From assembly GCA_963802555.1 (NCBI GenBank), contig CAWDJD010000003.1:88971-152970 (forward strand): a DNA stretch of 64,000 nt. The letters run 5' to 3'. Shown in pieces: positions 62,499 to 64,000 of the stretch. Under the pieces are notes generated by a model, which was not told the origin of the DNA, ran no database searches, and saw only the letters and a list, made by a program, of their open reading frames with translations. Made by a program: the position numbers and the translations under genes. The stretch is from Terriglobales bacterium. Its GTDB lineage: Bacteria; Acidobacteriota; Terriglobia; Terriglobales; Acidobacteriaceae. Position 1 is the stretch's first letter. Every line of letters starts with the position of its first letter.

Positions 62499-63296
62499 CT
62501 ACCTCCGAGGTTGGAGCTCCAGCTCAAAGGATTCTTCCAGTTTCTGCTCCGCCAGTTTGCGCAGCAGAAATTGCAGCATCTGGCGGTCGCCCTTGCGGAT
62601 CTCCCGAAATTCGATCCCCAGTCCCTGCACGGCGTGCTTGACTTGCCCTTTCACGCTTAAATCATAGTTGGCGACCGTCAGCACCACCTTCAGGTCGGTA
62701 CCTGGAGAAAAAGCATGCTCGCCCGTGATCAGGCAACCGCTCTCGGACAAGTCCTTCAACACAACCTCCGTCGGGGCGGCACTTAGACTTTGATTCTGCA
62801 ATTCTGCGGTCCCATCAACAATGAGAAAACGCGATTGGCGACGCCGATTACGGTCCCCGACGGCCGAATTCAACCGCCCGAATTCAGTTTCCGGGAGAAT
62901 GGGATCGTAGACTTCCTCCATATCCCGCAGTTCCGTATCCCACATCAGCCGTTCGCTCTCCACGCACTGGATTCCCACCTGCCCCCGCTGCTCGGAATTC
63001 GGATCACCCACCCAGATTACCCGGCAGAATGTCTTATGATTTCGAGTCCGTTCCACCGCAATAATTTCCCCGGCCTGCTGCACCGATCGCAGGCCGGTAA
63101 TCCGCGCGCCGCGGGGAGAAATGTCGTAGGTACAGGCCATGTCAGGACACGGTTTGTGATCGCCGTCCCAATAGGTCACGCGCAGCGGCAAGGCCACCCG
63201 GATGCGCTTGTCCAGGCGTTCAGGAACGGATTTCTCGGAAAGTTGATTGGGGTGTGGTTCGCTCACAGCGGGCCTAAAGGAGGGCACTCCTTGCAC
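62499..63296 (-). CDS. tandem PilZ-domain protein
   Basis: Two RxxxR ... D/NxSxxG pairs: KRIRVALPL..YDISPRGARI and RRRQSRFLI..KDLSESGCLI. The GTG start is uncertain. Confidence 0.7.
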   Translation of the reverse strand: MQGVPSFRPAVSEPHPNQLSEKSVPERLDKRIRVALPLRVTYWDGDHKPCPDMACTYDISPRGARITGLRSVQQAGEIIAVERTRNHKTFCRVIWVGDPNSEQRGQVGIQCVESERLMWDTELRDMEEVYDPILPETEFGRLNSAVGDRNRRRQSRFLIVDGTAELQNQSLSAAPTEVVLKDLSESGCLITGEHAFSPGTDLKVVLTVANYDLSVKGQVKHAVQGLGIEFREIRKGDRQMLQFLLRKLAEQKLEESFELELQPRR

Positions 63297-63378
63297 TCGA
63301 AAGTAACAACCGCTGGAGTGATGGTCAATTTACCTGCGTAACCCGGCTGAGGTTACTGACGAATACGCCGCCAAACTT

Positions 63379-63430
63379 GTCATTCCGAAGCGCGGAGCGC
63401 CGAGGAATCCGCTTTCTGCCGGCGGTAAGG
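63379..63430 (+). repeat. REP element, gtcattccgaagcg..gaggaatccgc variant (second copy)
   Basis: Same family and orientation as 21350-21400. Confidence 0.7.
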
Positions 63431-63540
63431 AAACACTAGACTTCCCGACCGAAATAACAGGCCGTTACGGATTGAAATACACTTTTCCTTCTTGCTCCAC
63501 AGCCCCACTCTCAGCGAAGATGCTCCTATCTCCCGGTTAA

Positions 63541-64000
63541 GTGTCTTCTAATCTAAAACTCGCGCCCGACAAACCAGTCTCCGCCTCCGCCGCCAAACTT
63601 CGCCTACTGAAGCGGCTGCGCTGCACCCTCAAATTCGAAAAGAAGGCATGGGACTCGGGCGCCCGCATGGTTGCAGGCGTGGACGAAGTGGGACGCGGTT
63701 CCCTGTTCGGATGTGTCGTAGCGGCCGCTGTCATTCTCGATCCCGAATACCGGCTCCGTGGCCTGCGCGATTCCAAGCTCTTGTTGCCGGAACGCCGCGA
63801 AGTCCTGGCGGAACGCATCCGCGAACATGCCATCGCCTGGTCGGTAGCCGCTGTCGACGTCGCCGTGATCGACCAGATCAACATCTATCAAGCTTCGCGC
63901 GTGGCCATGCGGGAAGCAGTCTCGCGCCTCACACCCGGCCCCGATCACTTGCTGGTGGACGCCGTCCGCCTCGACTCCGACCTGCCACAAAACCCCATCA
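63541..64000 (+). CDS. rnhB: ribonuclease HII (3' end beyond the window)
   Basis: Found by hand translation: ..ARMVAGVDEVGRGSLFGCVVAAAVIL..LRDSKLL..INIYQASRVAMREAV. GTG at 63541 directly follows an in-frame TAA. Open to position 64000. Absent from the supplied ORF track. Confidence 0.85.
   Translation, partial: MSSNLKLAPDKPVSASAAKLRLLKRLRCTLKFEKKAWDSGARMVAGVDEVGRGSLFGCVVAAAVILDPEYRLRGLRDSKLLLPERREVLAERIREHAIAWSVAAVDVAVIDQINIYQASRVAMREAVSRLTPGPDHLLVDAVRLDSDLPQNPI

Overview
About 57-60% GC bacterial chromosomal DNA. This GC figure comes from hand counts on single 60-nt lines only. Protein signatures and several families of short palindromic intergenic repeats suggest an Acidobacteriota-like genome, but this is inference and no search was possible. 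Most of the window is housekeeping: rnc-lepB-lepB-asmA-like, trpS-scpA-scpB-rluB, mutM, purA, ndk-sucD-sucC, trpD, rlmB, thiolase, purS-glmS, dnaK-dnaJ, ffh, ppc, and rpsP-KH-rimM-trmD-rplS followed by rnhB. I found no rRNA, tRNA or CRISPR. Three things stand out. (1) Two small lower-GC accessory patches. One is an orphan divergent gene pair at 16.8-18.5 kb: a 407-aa protein whose PIN-nuclease motifs appear split by a roughly 200-aa insert, plus a zinc-ribbon protein, bracketed by inverted repeat copies. The other, at 43.6-46.1 kb, holds two PIN-type toxin-antitoxin modules and a DUF2971-like gene directly upstream of dnaK. (2) Four otherwise intact conserved genes (purA, thiolase, an FNR-like reductase, dnaK) are interrupted only by single-base frame changes. 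There are about seven events and all fit +1 insertions. (3) A roughly 145-bp MITE/REP-like palindromic element occurs at least 8 times, including inside the sucC-sucD and rimM-trmD spacers. Several other REP families are also present. Smaller observations are a paired perfect palindrome in front of trpD, a possible 58-codon ORF between dnaK and dnaJ, an M1-peptidase homologue with HQxxH, and a regulator-rich outer-membrane receptor cluster.
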